From contig JAIRSB010000076.1 in the NCBI GenBank assembly GCA_031255655.1, forward strand, positions 1 through 32,964: a stretch of 32,964 nt of DNA, in the 5' to 3' direction. Position numbers and translations under genes: made by a program. The notes beneath the pieces are model-generated. The model searched no databases. It worked only from the letters and a program-made list of their open reading frames with translations, and was not told the DNA's origin. The DNA comes from Spirochaetaceae bacterium. Lineage in GTDB: Bacteria; Spirochaetota; Spirochaetia; Treponematales; Breznakiellaceae. Below, one piece after another: positions 6,362 through 16,100 of the stretch (position 1 is its first letter; every line of letters begins with the position of its first letter).

Positions 6362-8435
6362 CACAAACAAAGAATTTTGGTATTGGATCGAGCTTATCGG
6401 CTTTGATCATTCCGCTTCAGATTTCGGCACCGCTGAGTTTTTGGGGCGGCTTGCGCAAAAGCCGACGGGCATTTCTTTATTGTTTTCCGATATCGATTTT
6501 GTCAATCTTCACGATTCATCCAAACGAGGTATTCCGTTGCGGCCGTGTGACTGTTCGTACGGCGGACATCGCCAAAGTGAGGAGCGCGAGCGTCAGGAAT
6601 GGACTGGCACACAGCTTGTCGGCTTGGTTTCCGCTCTGAAAAAGCAGGGAATTAAAGTTGTTTTCAGTCTATTCAATTTTTTTGTCTATATCGGCGACGA
6701 TAAAAGGGCGGTGTACGGCGATTTTATCAGCCGTAACCCTGAGTTAAGAGACATCGCGCCCGACGGAACAAAAGGCCTTTCCGTCAATGTGTTAAAACGG
6801 TTTGCGGATGGCAGGTTTTATGAGGATTATCTGTTTCAAAAGATAAAAGAGGTCATCGATTGCTACGGCTTTGACGGCTTGCAGCTTGCGGACGGGCTAT
6901 CCAGCAGTCGTCCGAGCCTAGAGAATTCGGATTTTTCCGACGATACGGTATCCCAGTTTTTCGAGTGGGGAAAGGCAGAAAACGGAAACACCTTCATAGA
7001 GAAAATGTTGTCCGTGGGGGTTTTGCCGACGGTCGGCAGCGAGGATGGCTATAGGCAGAGGCGGGACATCATTTTAGACGACTTTCGTTACGAGTTTACA
7101 GTTTTTTTAACGGAACGTTGGCGGCGGTTTTATGCAAAGCTGCATGATAGATTGGTTTGCGCAGGTCACACTGTAATTGTAAATAGCACGTGGACAAGGG
7201 GCCCCTTTGAGGCACTGTACCGTTACGGCTTAGATTACGCAAAGGCTTTTGAAAAAGGCGGCTTTTACGGGATTATGATTGAAGATGTTTCAGCGACAAG
7301 AGCGATCATGTCCGACGAGGATCAGGGCGGGTTTCACTTGAATCCTGAGGAGCGCAGGTATTGCGTATATGAGTACGATCTGATGCAGTCGGAAATCAAA
7401 ACCTATCTGCCGAAGGTGAAACAGCTGACAATGTCCTCTGTCAAGGACACGCAGGAGCAATGGGACGTTCTCCGCCATGCGCCGACGGCGTTGGAGCGTG
7501 CCATCCTGCGGCGCAGCAACTGCCCGGTGCTGACGGAAAACGGGTATGCTAACACCTCCGAGGGGGCATGGTATTGCCTGAGTGACAGTATGCGACAGGC
7601 GGATTGGGAAATCATATCGGAAAAGGAAGGGGTTGCAAATTCGGGGGATTCCGTTTCCGGCTTTTCCGGCGCGGTATTTTTGTTTAGCGAGACGCTTTTG
7701 TATCCACAGCTGAATCGCTACATTGAAAAAAGGGCTTATAGTTCGAATCTTATTTATACCGCCCTAACGACCGCTGGATTGACCGTTGGCGGTTCGGCAA
7801 CGACAGAAGGACTGGCGCGTCATCCGAAAAAGATGTCGGTAATCGCGGTGGACCCGGGGCTTATGACGGCTGCGGAGCAGGACGCGCTTGCGGCATGCGG
7901 CGGCGCCGTAGTGTCCATCGGCGTTCGTGCTGAAAAGCTCGGGAGGCCGGCGTTTGAAGCGAATTACGGATTGTATGACGTGTGTTTTTACGGCACAGTG
8001 TTTTCTGAGGGCGCATTACAGGAACTACATGCAGCCCTAAGCGCGAATGCCCAAAAAATACGCTGTGATTCCTTCTCTAATTCCGAGGATAGGGGTATTT
8101 GGACACAGCCGTTACAATACGAAAGGCATACGACGCGCTTTATGCGGATGCTCGCGGATTTTATAAATAAGGCCTGTGCCTTGCCGCACACACTCCCGAC
8201 GGAATACGAATGCAAGCTGACGGCGTTCTGGCTGAAAAGCGGTGTACTGCGTCTTTTGATAACCTCTGATGAAAACACCTATGCGCTGCCGAAAATCGAA
8301 GTTGGACTGCCGATCGTGTCTGCGCGTTCGCGCACAAAGTACCGCGGATACGAAATCCCCTATGAGGGAAGTGTTTTCAGCGTTCGCGTCCCGCCGAAAG
8401 GCATGGAAATCGTTGATATAGAGGTGAGACAATGA
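6351..8435 (+). CDS. cytoplasmic 694-aa protein of unknown family, GH42-like three-domain layout (putative glycoside hydrolase)
   Basis: No signal peptide. The N-terminal TIM-barrel-like region reads KKQGIKVVFSLFNF...YGFDGLQLADG...GIMIEDV. The middle alpha/beta region reads KMSVIAVDPGLMTAAEQDALAACGGAVVSIG. The C-terminal beta domain reads SVFSVRVPPKGMEIVDIEV. It overlaps its neighbours at both ends. Confidence 0.8.
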   Translation: MVNNTNKEFWYWIELIGFDHSASDFGTAEFLGRLAQKPTGISLLFSDIDFVNLHDSSKRGIPLRPCDCSYGGHRQSEERERQEWTGTQLVGLVSALKKQGIKVVFSLFNFFVYIGDDKRAVYGDFISRNPELRDIAPDGTKGLSVNVLKRFADGRFYEDYLFQKIKEVIDCYGFDGLQLADGLSSSRPSLENSDFSDDTVSQFFEWGKAENGNTFIEKMLSVGVLPTVGSEDGYRQRRDIILDDFRYEFTVFLTERWRRFYAKLHDRLVCAGHTVIVNSTWTRGPFEALYRYGLDYAKAFEKGGFYGIMIEDVSATRAIMSDEDQGGFHLNPEERRYCVYEYDLMQSEIKTYLPKVKQLTMSSVKDTQEQWDVLRHAPTALERAILRRSNCPVLTENGYANTSEGAWYCLSDSMRQADWEIISEKEGVANSGDSVSGFSGAVFLFSETLLYPQLNRYIEKRAYSSNLIYTALTTAGLTVGGSATTEGLARHPKKMSVIAVDPGLMTAAEQDALAACGGAVVSIGVRAEKLGRPAFEANYGLYDVCFYGTVFSEGALQELHAALSANAQKIRCDSFSNSEDRGIWTQPLQYERHTTRFMRMLADFINKACALPHTLPTEYECKLTAFWLKSGVLRLLITSDENTYALPKIEVGLPIVSARSRTKYRGYEIPYEGSVFSVRVPPKGMEIVDIEVRQ

Positions 8436-9304
8436 ATGGTATGGCAAAAGGAAAATTGAAAAGAATAAGCGATTATTCACCCAAGCGTCCCCGTGCGGTT
8501 TTTATCATTGTGTTCATTCTGTTTATGATATACGCTTTGTCGCTGATTTTCCCGTTTTTCTATATTATCAATAACTCTTTAAAAACCAATTACGAATTTT
8601 TAACACGGGTATGGTATTTGCCCCAAAAGCCAAATGTCGAAAACTACAGGCTCATTTTTCAGGAATACAATATTTTGTCCATGTTCGGTTTTACATTGTA
8701 TTTTGCTGTTGTTGGAACAATATTGTCTATTTTTACGTCGGCGACCATGGCATACTTGCTTTCTAAGTTCAAGTTTTTTGGCAGCAGTTTTCTATTTGTC
8801 GTGGCCATTACGTTTATGGTAATCCCCTCTCTTGGGACAACGGCGGCAGCGTATCAATTGATGAATAATTTAAGGCTCATCGACAATCCGGTGTTGATCA
8901 TGGTGACGTATTGCGGACCGTTCGGAGCATATTTCCTTTTGCTGTACGGCTACTTTAAAGGTGTCGCATGGGATTATGCGGAAGCGGCAAAGATAGACGG
9001 GGCAGGAAATTTCACAATTTTCTTTCGTATCATGATGCCGCAGGCGGTTGCCGGTCTTACCGCGGTGGCCTTCATGCAGTTTATTGGGATATACAACGAC
9101 TACTTTATGCCATATATGTATTTACCGTCCATTCAAACGCTTGCGACGGGCTTGCAGTCTTTGTCCATAAATGCCTCAAATACAGGGGCATATACGGAAA
9201 TGTTTGCCGCGATGGCAATCGCGACCGTTCCGATTATTATACTGTTCATGTTTATGCAAAAAACGGTCATAAACAACACGATTGCCGGTGGATTAAAGGG
9301 ATAA
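8432..9304 (+). CDS. carbohydrate ABC transporter permease (MalG-like)
   Basis: Six predicted TM segments and an EAA loop (YAEAAKIDGAGNFTIFFRIMMPQ). Its start overlaps the upstream stop as ATGA. Confidence 0.9.
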   Translation: MNGMAKGKLKRISDYSPKRPRAVFIIVFILFMIYALSLIFPFFYIINNSLKTNYEFLTRVWYLPQKPNVENYRLIFQEYNILSMFGFTLYFAVVGTILSIFTSATMAYLLSKFKFFGSSFLFVVAITFMVIPSLGTTAAAYQLMNNLRLIDNPVLIMVTYCGPFGAYFLLLYGYFKGVAWDYAEAAKIDGAGNFTIFFRIMMPQAVAGLTAVAFMQFIGIYNDYFMPYMYLPSIQTLATGLQSLSINASNTGAYTEMFAAMAIATVPIIILFMFMQKTVINNTIAGGLKG

Positions 9305-9321
9305 AAAACAAGGGGGTTTTT

Positions 9322-10719
9322 ATGAAAAAGAGGAATTGGAAGATCATCATTGTGGCAATGGTTACACTGCTTACGGGTGCGCTGGGCGCGTGTTCGAAGC
9401 CTGTAGCGATTCCGGAGTACACTTCGGACGAGTCATTTCGTTTTGCCGCGTACATGCCGCCGCCGGGCGCAAATGTCGGTCTGGGTGAGCTGAAAAACAA
9501 TCCGGATCACATCACTGACGAAAATTATAAGGGCATTTCTGATTGCGGTTTTGATCATGTTTACGCGATTTACGAATATGCGCAAGAGCAAGTTTTGCGC
9601 GCGCTGGATTTTAGCGAAAAGTACGACTTGAAATATTTGGCGAGAGTCCCGGCAATCAGTAATCATGCCAGTCGTAACGCGACACCGATGACCGAACTCA
9701 GCGAAACATTGCAACAGACAATGAAAAACGCTGTCAGCGCCTACAAGGATCATCCTGCGTTTGCCGGCATCGTCGGATCGGACGAGCCGTACGCGAACAT
9801 GTTTTCCACTGTGGGCTTGATCAAAAGCTTTTTTCAGGAATATTTGCCGGATAAAGAATTCTTTGTCAATATGATACCCATCGCCTTTGGCGGAGAGGAT
9901 GATTATTCGACATTCGGCGCGGAGACTTATACGGATTTCATCCGGCAGTATATCGACGAGATCAACCCGGATTTTCTCAGCTATGACAAATATCCGTATC
10001 TGAGAGATGCTGCGGGAAACCCGGATCTGATCATCAATTATTTCCGGAATATGGAGGTGTTTGCCGAGCAGTCTAAGGCTACCGGTCTGCCGTTCCAGTT
10101 CTTTTTACTGACCATGGGTCATCATGCCTACCGCACACCCGAAACCTACGCGGATATTGCGTTTCAGATTTACACCGATATGGCGTTTGGCGCGAGGGGC
10201 GCGGCAACGTTCACCTATTGGACGACCATGTCCATGGGTGAAAACATCACGCACGGGCTTGTCGATTGGTACGGAAACAAGCAGCAGTCATGGTACTCTA
10301 TGCAGGAAGTCATTTCCGAGGTTCGCGCATTAGAGGATGCGTACATGAATTTTGATTGGCAGTCTATGATCGCGTTTGAAGCGGATGAGGACTATCCGAA
10401 CTATCAATTCGAGAACTTGCGAACCGCCGCGGTCGTACATGCCGGTGACGATACCGGGCACGCCCGCTTAAAAAGCATAGGCGGTGATAACGATTATTTG
10501 GCGGGAGCATTTACAGATAAGGATGGACGGGACGGCTTTATGCTGGCCAATGCATCCGATCCCGGGCTTGATGTCACCGTCAACCTCGAGATAGAGTTCA
10601 ATGATGCGCAAAAGGTACTGGTTTACAAGAAGGGTCGATCGGTTGTTTACAACCTGAAGAAAGGGAAATTTAACGCAGTTTTGAATCCGGGCGAAGGTCA
10701 ATTCGTTATTCCGATCTAA
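9322..10719 (+). CDS. lipoprotein, putative extracellular glycoside hydrolase (GH42/clan GH-A-like TIM barrel, family unassigned)
   Basis: The AGGGGG RBS and the ATG at 9322 give MKKRNWKIIIVAMVTLLTGALGAC, which has a lipobox (LGAC). The body contains GSDEPY, FLSYDKYPY and GARGAATFTYWT, reminiscent of GH42-type motifs. The longer ORF starting at 8968 overlaps the permease and is rejected. Confidence 0.8.
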   Translation: MKKRNWKIIIVAMVTLLTGALGACSKPVAIPEYTSDESFRFAAYMPPPGANVGLGELKNNPDHITDENYKGISDCGFDHVYAIYEYAQEQVLRALDFSEKYDLKYLARVPAISNHASRNATPMTELSETLQQTMKNAVSAYKDHPAFAGIVGSDEPYANMFSTVGLIKSFFQEYLPDKEFFVNMIPIAFGGEDDYSTFGAETYTDFIRQYIDEINPDFLSYDKYPYLRDAAGNPDLIINYFRNMEVFAEQSKATGLPFQFFLLTMGHHAYRTPETYADIAFQIYTDMAFGARGAATFTYWTTMSMGENITHGLVDWYGNKQQSWYSMQEVISEVRALEDAYMNFDWQSMIAFEADEDYPNYQFENLRTAAVVHAGDDTGHARLKSIGGDNDYLAGAFTDKDGRDGFMLANASDPGLDVTVNLEIEFNDAQKVLVYKKGRSVVYNLKKGKFNAVLNPGEGQFVIPI

Positions 10720-10735
10720 TGGAGGGGAGAAAATC

Positions 10736-12142
10736 ATGATGAAAAATGCAATGAGAAAAACCATACTTTTAATTTTGTCGTTGGTGTTATGCGTAACGGC
10801 GATGACGTCATGCGTCGATCCGGATTCGGATCCGAGCCGTCCGATAAAATTGAAAATTTCATTTTACAAGGGCGGGTTTGGCGATGCGTGGTTAAAGGCC
10901 GTTGCCGCAGAATTCGAAGCGGTCCACACTGACGTGAAGGTCGTCTTGGAAGGGAAGTCCGATATGGACGGTATCAATCGCGATCGATTGAATATGAGTA
11001 CGCCGCCCAGTCAGCTGGGAGACATTGTTTCGGTCATAAATCCCGTATATTTCGCGGAGTACGTCCGAAACAAAAAACTCGTGGATCTGACCGATCTTTA
11101 TGATGAAGAGGTGGAAAACGGAAAGACCATGAATGATTATGTCGATCCGGACTTTTTGAAATTTGTTACCGTGGATGAAAAGCATTACGGTATTCCATGG
11201 GAAGGCGCGGTGACAGGCTTTGTTTATAATGTCAAGATGTTCGAGCTTTACGGCTGGGAAGTCCCCGAAACGATGGGCGATTTCTTTAACCTCTGTACCG
11301 AGATAAAGGCCGACACACAGGGCACCGTAGCGCCGCTTGTGTACGCAGGAGCGATCGGCGGCTATTTTATCAATATTTTATATGCGTGGATGTCGCAGTA
11401 TGAAGGGGAAGAGGGAACGGATGAGTTTTTTGCACTTGAAAACCCCGAGGTCTACCAAAAGGAAGGACGCCTAAAAGCCTACCAGCAGATGGGAAAAATT
11501 ATGGGCGACAAAACGAATATCCTAGAGGGATCAAAAGGATTCGACCATCTTGGTGCGCAACGCGAGTTTATCCAGGGTAAGGCGGCGATGACCGTTGGCG
11601 GAACATGGATCGAAACGGAAATGAAATCGTATCTTAAGGATGTTCCGGGCTTTGAAATGGCGCTTTTCCCGGCGCCGTCGGTGACGGACGATAAATTGGA
11701 TAAAAACGGCAATCCCATTCGTACCGTCAGCAGCGGAAACTGTGATTTGCTCGCAATAGCCGAGGCATCAAAAAACAAGGAAATTGCAAAAGAATTTCTC
11801 AAGTTTATGAACCGTCAGGAGATGCTAAACACATATACCCTCAACACCGGAGGAAATGCGCGCCCGTTTACGTATGAGAAAACGGACTGGTCGGACACAC
11901 AATTGACCAAGTTTGCAAAGAGTTCCATCGAGATATGGCAAAAGGCGGACAATATCTTCCCCTACAGTACGGCGTCCATCTATTTGGAGGGACAAGTGTC
12001 ATTTTTTCCTGCCGAGCAAGGGCAGCCTGCGGTTTATATGCAGAACGCTTCGTCTTTGAATGATGCCGCGGTGCGTGCACAGTATCTATACACAAGAGAC
12101 TACACATTGGCGCAAAACGCGTTTATTAAACATAACGGCTAA
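10736..12142 (+). CDS. ABC transporter extracellular solute-binding lipoprotein (family 1, sugar)
   Basis: GGAGGGGA RBS. The signal peptide with Cys reads LILSLVLCVTAMTSC. The sequence is typical of a CUT1 binding protein (GIPWEGAVTGFVYN, GKAAMTVGGTW). Confidence 0.9.
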   Translation: MMKNAMRKTILLILSLVLCVTAMTSCVDPDSDPSRPIKLKISFYKGGFGDAWLKAVAAEFEAVHTDVKVVLEGKSDMDGINRDRLNMSTPPSQLGDIVSVINPVYFAEYVRNKKLVDLTDLYDEEVENGKTMNDYVDPDFLKFVTVDEKHYGIPWEGAVTGFVYNVKMFELYGWEVPETMGDFFNLCTEIKADTQGTVAPLVYAGAIGGYFINILYAWMSQYEGEEGTDEFFALENPEVYQKEGRLKAYQQMGKIMGDKTNILEGSKGFDHLGAQREFIQGKAAMTVGGTWIETEMKSYLKDVPGFEMALFPAPSVTDDKLDKNGNPIRTVSSGNCDLLAIAEASKNKEIAKEFLKFMNRQEMLNTYTLNTGGNARPFTYEKTDWSDTQLTKFAKSSIEIWQKADNIFPYSTASIYLEGQVSFFPAEQGQPAVYMQNASSLNDAAVRAQYLYTRDYTLAQNAFIKHNG

Positions 12143-12159
12143 AAGGAGAATCTTTCCGT

Positions 12160-13095
12160 ATGGCAAAGCTCGCAAGAGGCCCCCGTACAATACGGCGCAA
12201 TACGAAAAATGATAAAATATTCATAGCGGTCATGGCAATACCTCTCTTATTGCAGTTTGCTGTTTTTACGATTTATGTGAATATTTCCTCAATTTTCATG
12301 GCGTTTCAGCGTATCGATTACGAAACCAACAAAGTGGTTTTGGCGGGGCTTTACAATTTCAAAGTATTCTTTGTGAATTTCGGACAGAGCGACTTTTGGC
12401 CGCGTGCGATATTCAATTCCTTGGGTTACTTTCCGGTAACTGCATTGATTACGCTGCCGCTGTCCATTTTTGCAGGGTACTTTCTGTACAGGAAGATATG
12501 GTTTCACAATTTTTTCAAGGTTGTGTTTTTCCTCCCGAATATTATTTCTATCATTGTGCTTGGCATGTTCTTTAAAAACATGTTCGACCCGTCCATCGGT
12601 CTTGTGAACCGCTTTTTGATGGATGGTTTCAAGGTGCCAAGGGGAGACATTCCGCTTTGGTTCATGGACAAAAATATCGCGATGTGGATGCTGTATCTGT
12701 ACGCGGTGTGGGCGGGGATTGGCTATAATGTCATACTTATTTTCGGGGCGATCAGTCGTATTCCTATCGAAGTGATGGAATCCGCGCGGTTAGACGGGAT
12801 TGGCGTATTTAAGGAAATCGTAAAGATTGTCGTTCCGATCATCTGGCCAACGATCACAACTATGACGGTATTCTGCGTGATGACGGTATTTTCGCAGTTC
12901 ATGCATCCACTAATCTTGACGCCGGGGACACCCGCGTCAACGCAAACCATAGCATACGTCATCATAACCAGTGTAAAGAACGGAAATTACTATGCGTCCG
13001 CTGCTGTGGGTCTGATCTTTACTGTGGTGGCGGTCCCGATTATTATGCTGGTTCGAAGGATTATGGAGCGTATGTTTGATACGGTGGAGACGTAA
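12160..13095 (+). CDS. carbohydrate ABC transporter permease (MalF/LplB-like)
   Basis: Multi-TM protein with an EAA loop (ESARLDGIGVFKEIVKIVVPIIWP). Confidence 0.9.
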   Translation: MAKLARGPRTIRRNTKNDKIFIAVMAIPLLLQFAVFTIYVNISSIFMAFQRIDYETNKVVLAGLYNFKVFFVNFGQSDFWPRAIFNSLGYFPVTALITLPLSIFAGYFLYRKIWFHNFFKVVFFLPNIISIIVLGMFFKNMFDPSIGLVNRFLMDGFKVPRGDIPLWFMDKNIAMWMLYLYAVWAGIGYNVILIFGAISRIPIEVMESARLDGIGVFKEIVKIVVPIIWPTITTMTVFCVMTVFSQFMHPLILTPGTPASTQTIAYVIITSVKNGNYYASAAVGLIFTVVAVPIIMLVRRIMERMFDTVET

Positions 13096-13154
13096 AAGAA
13101 AAGGTAAATGAAAAGAGTAAAAAGGGACGAAAAACGATGAGAGGGAAGGTATTT

Positions 13155-16100
13155 ATGAAAAAGAAGCTAAGAGGGTTGATTGTTGCGTTGTCACTCATTA
13201 TGGTGATGAGCGCAGGAATGATGGGTGTGCTTGCGAGCGGACAGGGTGTGGAGTTTGTGACAAAGAAACCGGAAAAGCAATCTCAGCTGGATACCGGTAG
13301 GCTGGTATTTGAAAAGGCCCTTGGAAAGGCTGTGTCGCTTGTGTCGAAAAAGACCTATTCTGGGGGGTATACTGCGGAGTTTTCGTATTATTCCCATGCC
13401 GGCGGTTATTATGACGACGCCATGGACGGAGATTTTTTTGTGACGCTTGGCCATGACGATCCAAATACAGTGCCGGATATAGCAGACGATAATGCATCCG
13501 GTCTGACGCTTGCTATCAGGGCGGCTGTGCTTGCATATAACGGAAATGTCGTGACTTCAGCGCCGGAAGCGATAGACCTTAGGGCTCCACTGGACGGATA
13601 TGCACTCAACAGAGAGGTGCTGTTCCGGTTTGTGGTATCAGGTACGACGGCGGATGTGTATTTCGATTTTGCGGACACAGCAAACGCGCTTTCTACAAAG
13701 CGTGCGACAATAACGGCACCGGATGCGGCGCTGTTTGACGGGCATATCGTTCTTACCGCCAACCAGAATATCTTAGAAGCTGACTTGTTATCGGAGCGGC
13801 GCATCAGCTATTTCAGCGTCAAGCAGGAAGAAACGGAGGACCTCGACTATTTCGTCGATCTTACGAATTGGAATACGTTGGGCGACGCGGCAAAGCTTCG
13901 GCTCACCGGCAATCAGGATTTTTTGATGCGTCACAATACTCGTAAGCATATTCCTTCGTCGAATGCGTATACCAAAGTCGGTCTTGCAAACGATACAGAT
14001 GCTGTACTGGACATCGAATTTATGTTCGCGACGAGTTGGCCGGCTCAGCCTTTTGACGCGGGCATACTGTTTAATATGCCCCAAAAAGATAGCGCGGCGA
14101 CGGACGAAGGCGTGTATTACTTGGAAATAAACCGCAACTCATACGTTAGCTTGTATCGCGGAGACGGAACAGCGAAGGTCCTTGTGTCGGGGGCGCAAAG
14201 TTCAGTCGGCGTATACTTGCATAATCAAACGCTGAAAATCGGGCTTACCGTTACGAAAAACGGCGAGTTCAGCTTGAAAGGGCAATGCGTCACATACCCC
14301 CAGAACCCGTGGGAGGACGCGTTTTCCGAGCGCTTCACGGCAAGCGGCATAGAGGCGGAGGGCTATATCGCCTTTACTGCAAATCTGGCAAGCTATGCAG
14401 ACGCAGCAAATGCTTATTTCGCACAGTTTAAAGACATTGAACTCAAGGGGAATATGAAGCCCTCGCTTATTTCTATTGCGCTGAATAAGGACGCTCTTTT
14501 ATCAGCGTGGGAGGGCGATACGATCAACCTAAGCACTGAGCTTGTTTCCGATCCTGAGGGCGCAACCTTCTCATATACAGTGACGGAAGGCGCGGCATTG
14601 GTGGAATTAACGGGAAACACGCTACAATGCAATGCGGCGGGTCGCGTAACACTGCGCGTATCGGCGGATATCGATCCGCGTTTTTACGATGAGGTGAGCT
14701 TTTCGATTCATGAAACCGTTCCCATAATGGATTATTCTCTTACGGAGAACTTTTCCGAGTTAAAAGGACATTGGGATCTGAATGACGACGAGGGGAATCT
14801 TGGCGTTTCGGGAAATAAGCTCGTATTCACGAATGATTATAATGACGATCCAAACGGCGCAGCCAGGTTGATTTTAAATGCAGCATTTGCGGTAGACAGT
14901 GCATCGGATACGGTGTTCGACGTAACCTTTACGGGTGCATTTGGCACGGACATCCGAGATCTGAGAGAAAAGCTTTCCTACGGCCTTTTATTCGGTATGA
15001 AAGACAAGGATGCAAAAGCGAACGACGCGGGAGTCGGATTTGTTCGAATCTTTAGCCACAAAACAGAGGTCTATAACGGCGCGGACAAGGTTGTGCCGGC
15101 CTACAAAGGATCAAGAACATCGGAAAACTCGGACGTGTATTGGGACACCATTCCCATCACGATCCGCGCGGTAGCAAAGAAAGACGGAACACTGGAGTTG
15201 TACAGAGGCTATTCGCATCCGGGCGGGACTCCGGTTTACGAGCAGATAACCGAGCTTTTTGCGGTATATTCCGGATTCGATTTCAGCGGATATATCGCGC
15301 TCACGTCTTATTGTGAAAAGCCCGATCCTGCGACAAATTATACGGCGACGGTTTCTAATTTTAACATCAGCGGCAAGGTGAATTTGACGAGCCTCGAGGT
15401 GGTACGAATCACGCTTGCCGAAGCGCAGCTTCGCAGTATGAGCGTGGGGATGACCGCATCGCTCGATGCGAGCGTCCTGGTTAATTTGCCCGGACAAACG
15501 ATCGCGCCGGTCTTCAGCATTACAAGCGGCGACACGCACGCCGAAATCGTGGACGGAAACAAGTTTAAAGCACTGTCACAAGGTAGTGTTGTTTTGAGAG
15601 CGGCGGCGGAAGGCCATCCCGATAAATTTACCGAATTTACAGTTGAGATACAAAACTACAATACGGTGCAATACGATAAGGTTGAAAATTTTGCTTCCCT
15701 GAATCGGGGAGACTGGACACTGAATGACGGGGACGGGAATTTCCTGTTGGATTCCGGACTTTTCATTACATCCGACTTTAATTCTGATCCGCACGGAGCG
15801 GGAAGCCTTGTCTCAAACCATATGTTTTTCCCCGACGCGGATTCGGAAACGGTTTTTGACATCCAGTTTTCCACGACGCATACCGATCTTGAAGGCCGCC
15901 TACACCGGAACGCAAATTTCAATTGGGGGATCCTGTTCGGCATGTCTTCGCAGAACAGCAAAATCGGGGATGCCGGCACAGGGTTTTTCAAGGTGAACCA
16001 TCTGACCTCTACTGCTTTTTATGAGAACAAGCAGTTGGTTCCGGAATACAAGTCCGACCACCAAAGCGAAAGCTATCAGGTTTACGCGCAGGCCCCGTGC

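Noticed and set aside
8968-9321. N-terminal extensions in the ORF track: 8968 for the lipoprotein, 19593 for the amidohydrolase-like gene, 21076 for the isomerase, 13137 for the surface protein, and 4760 and 29554 for the M24-fold protein and the last oxidoreductase.
   Set aside because: The extensions overlap the preceding recognised genes in another frame or lack an RBS. The internal starts have Shine-Dalgarno sequences and give sensible N-termini (signal peptide, lipobox, Rossmann start).
8432-13095. Absence of an ABC ATPase gene as an anomaly.
   Set aside because: CUT1-type sugar importers in Firmicutes commonly share an unlinked MsmK/MalK-type ATPase, so this is expected rather than novel.
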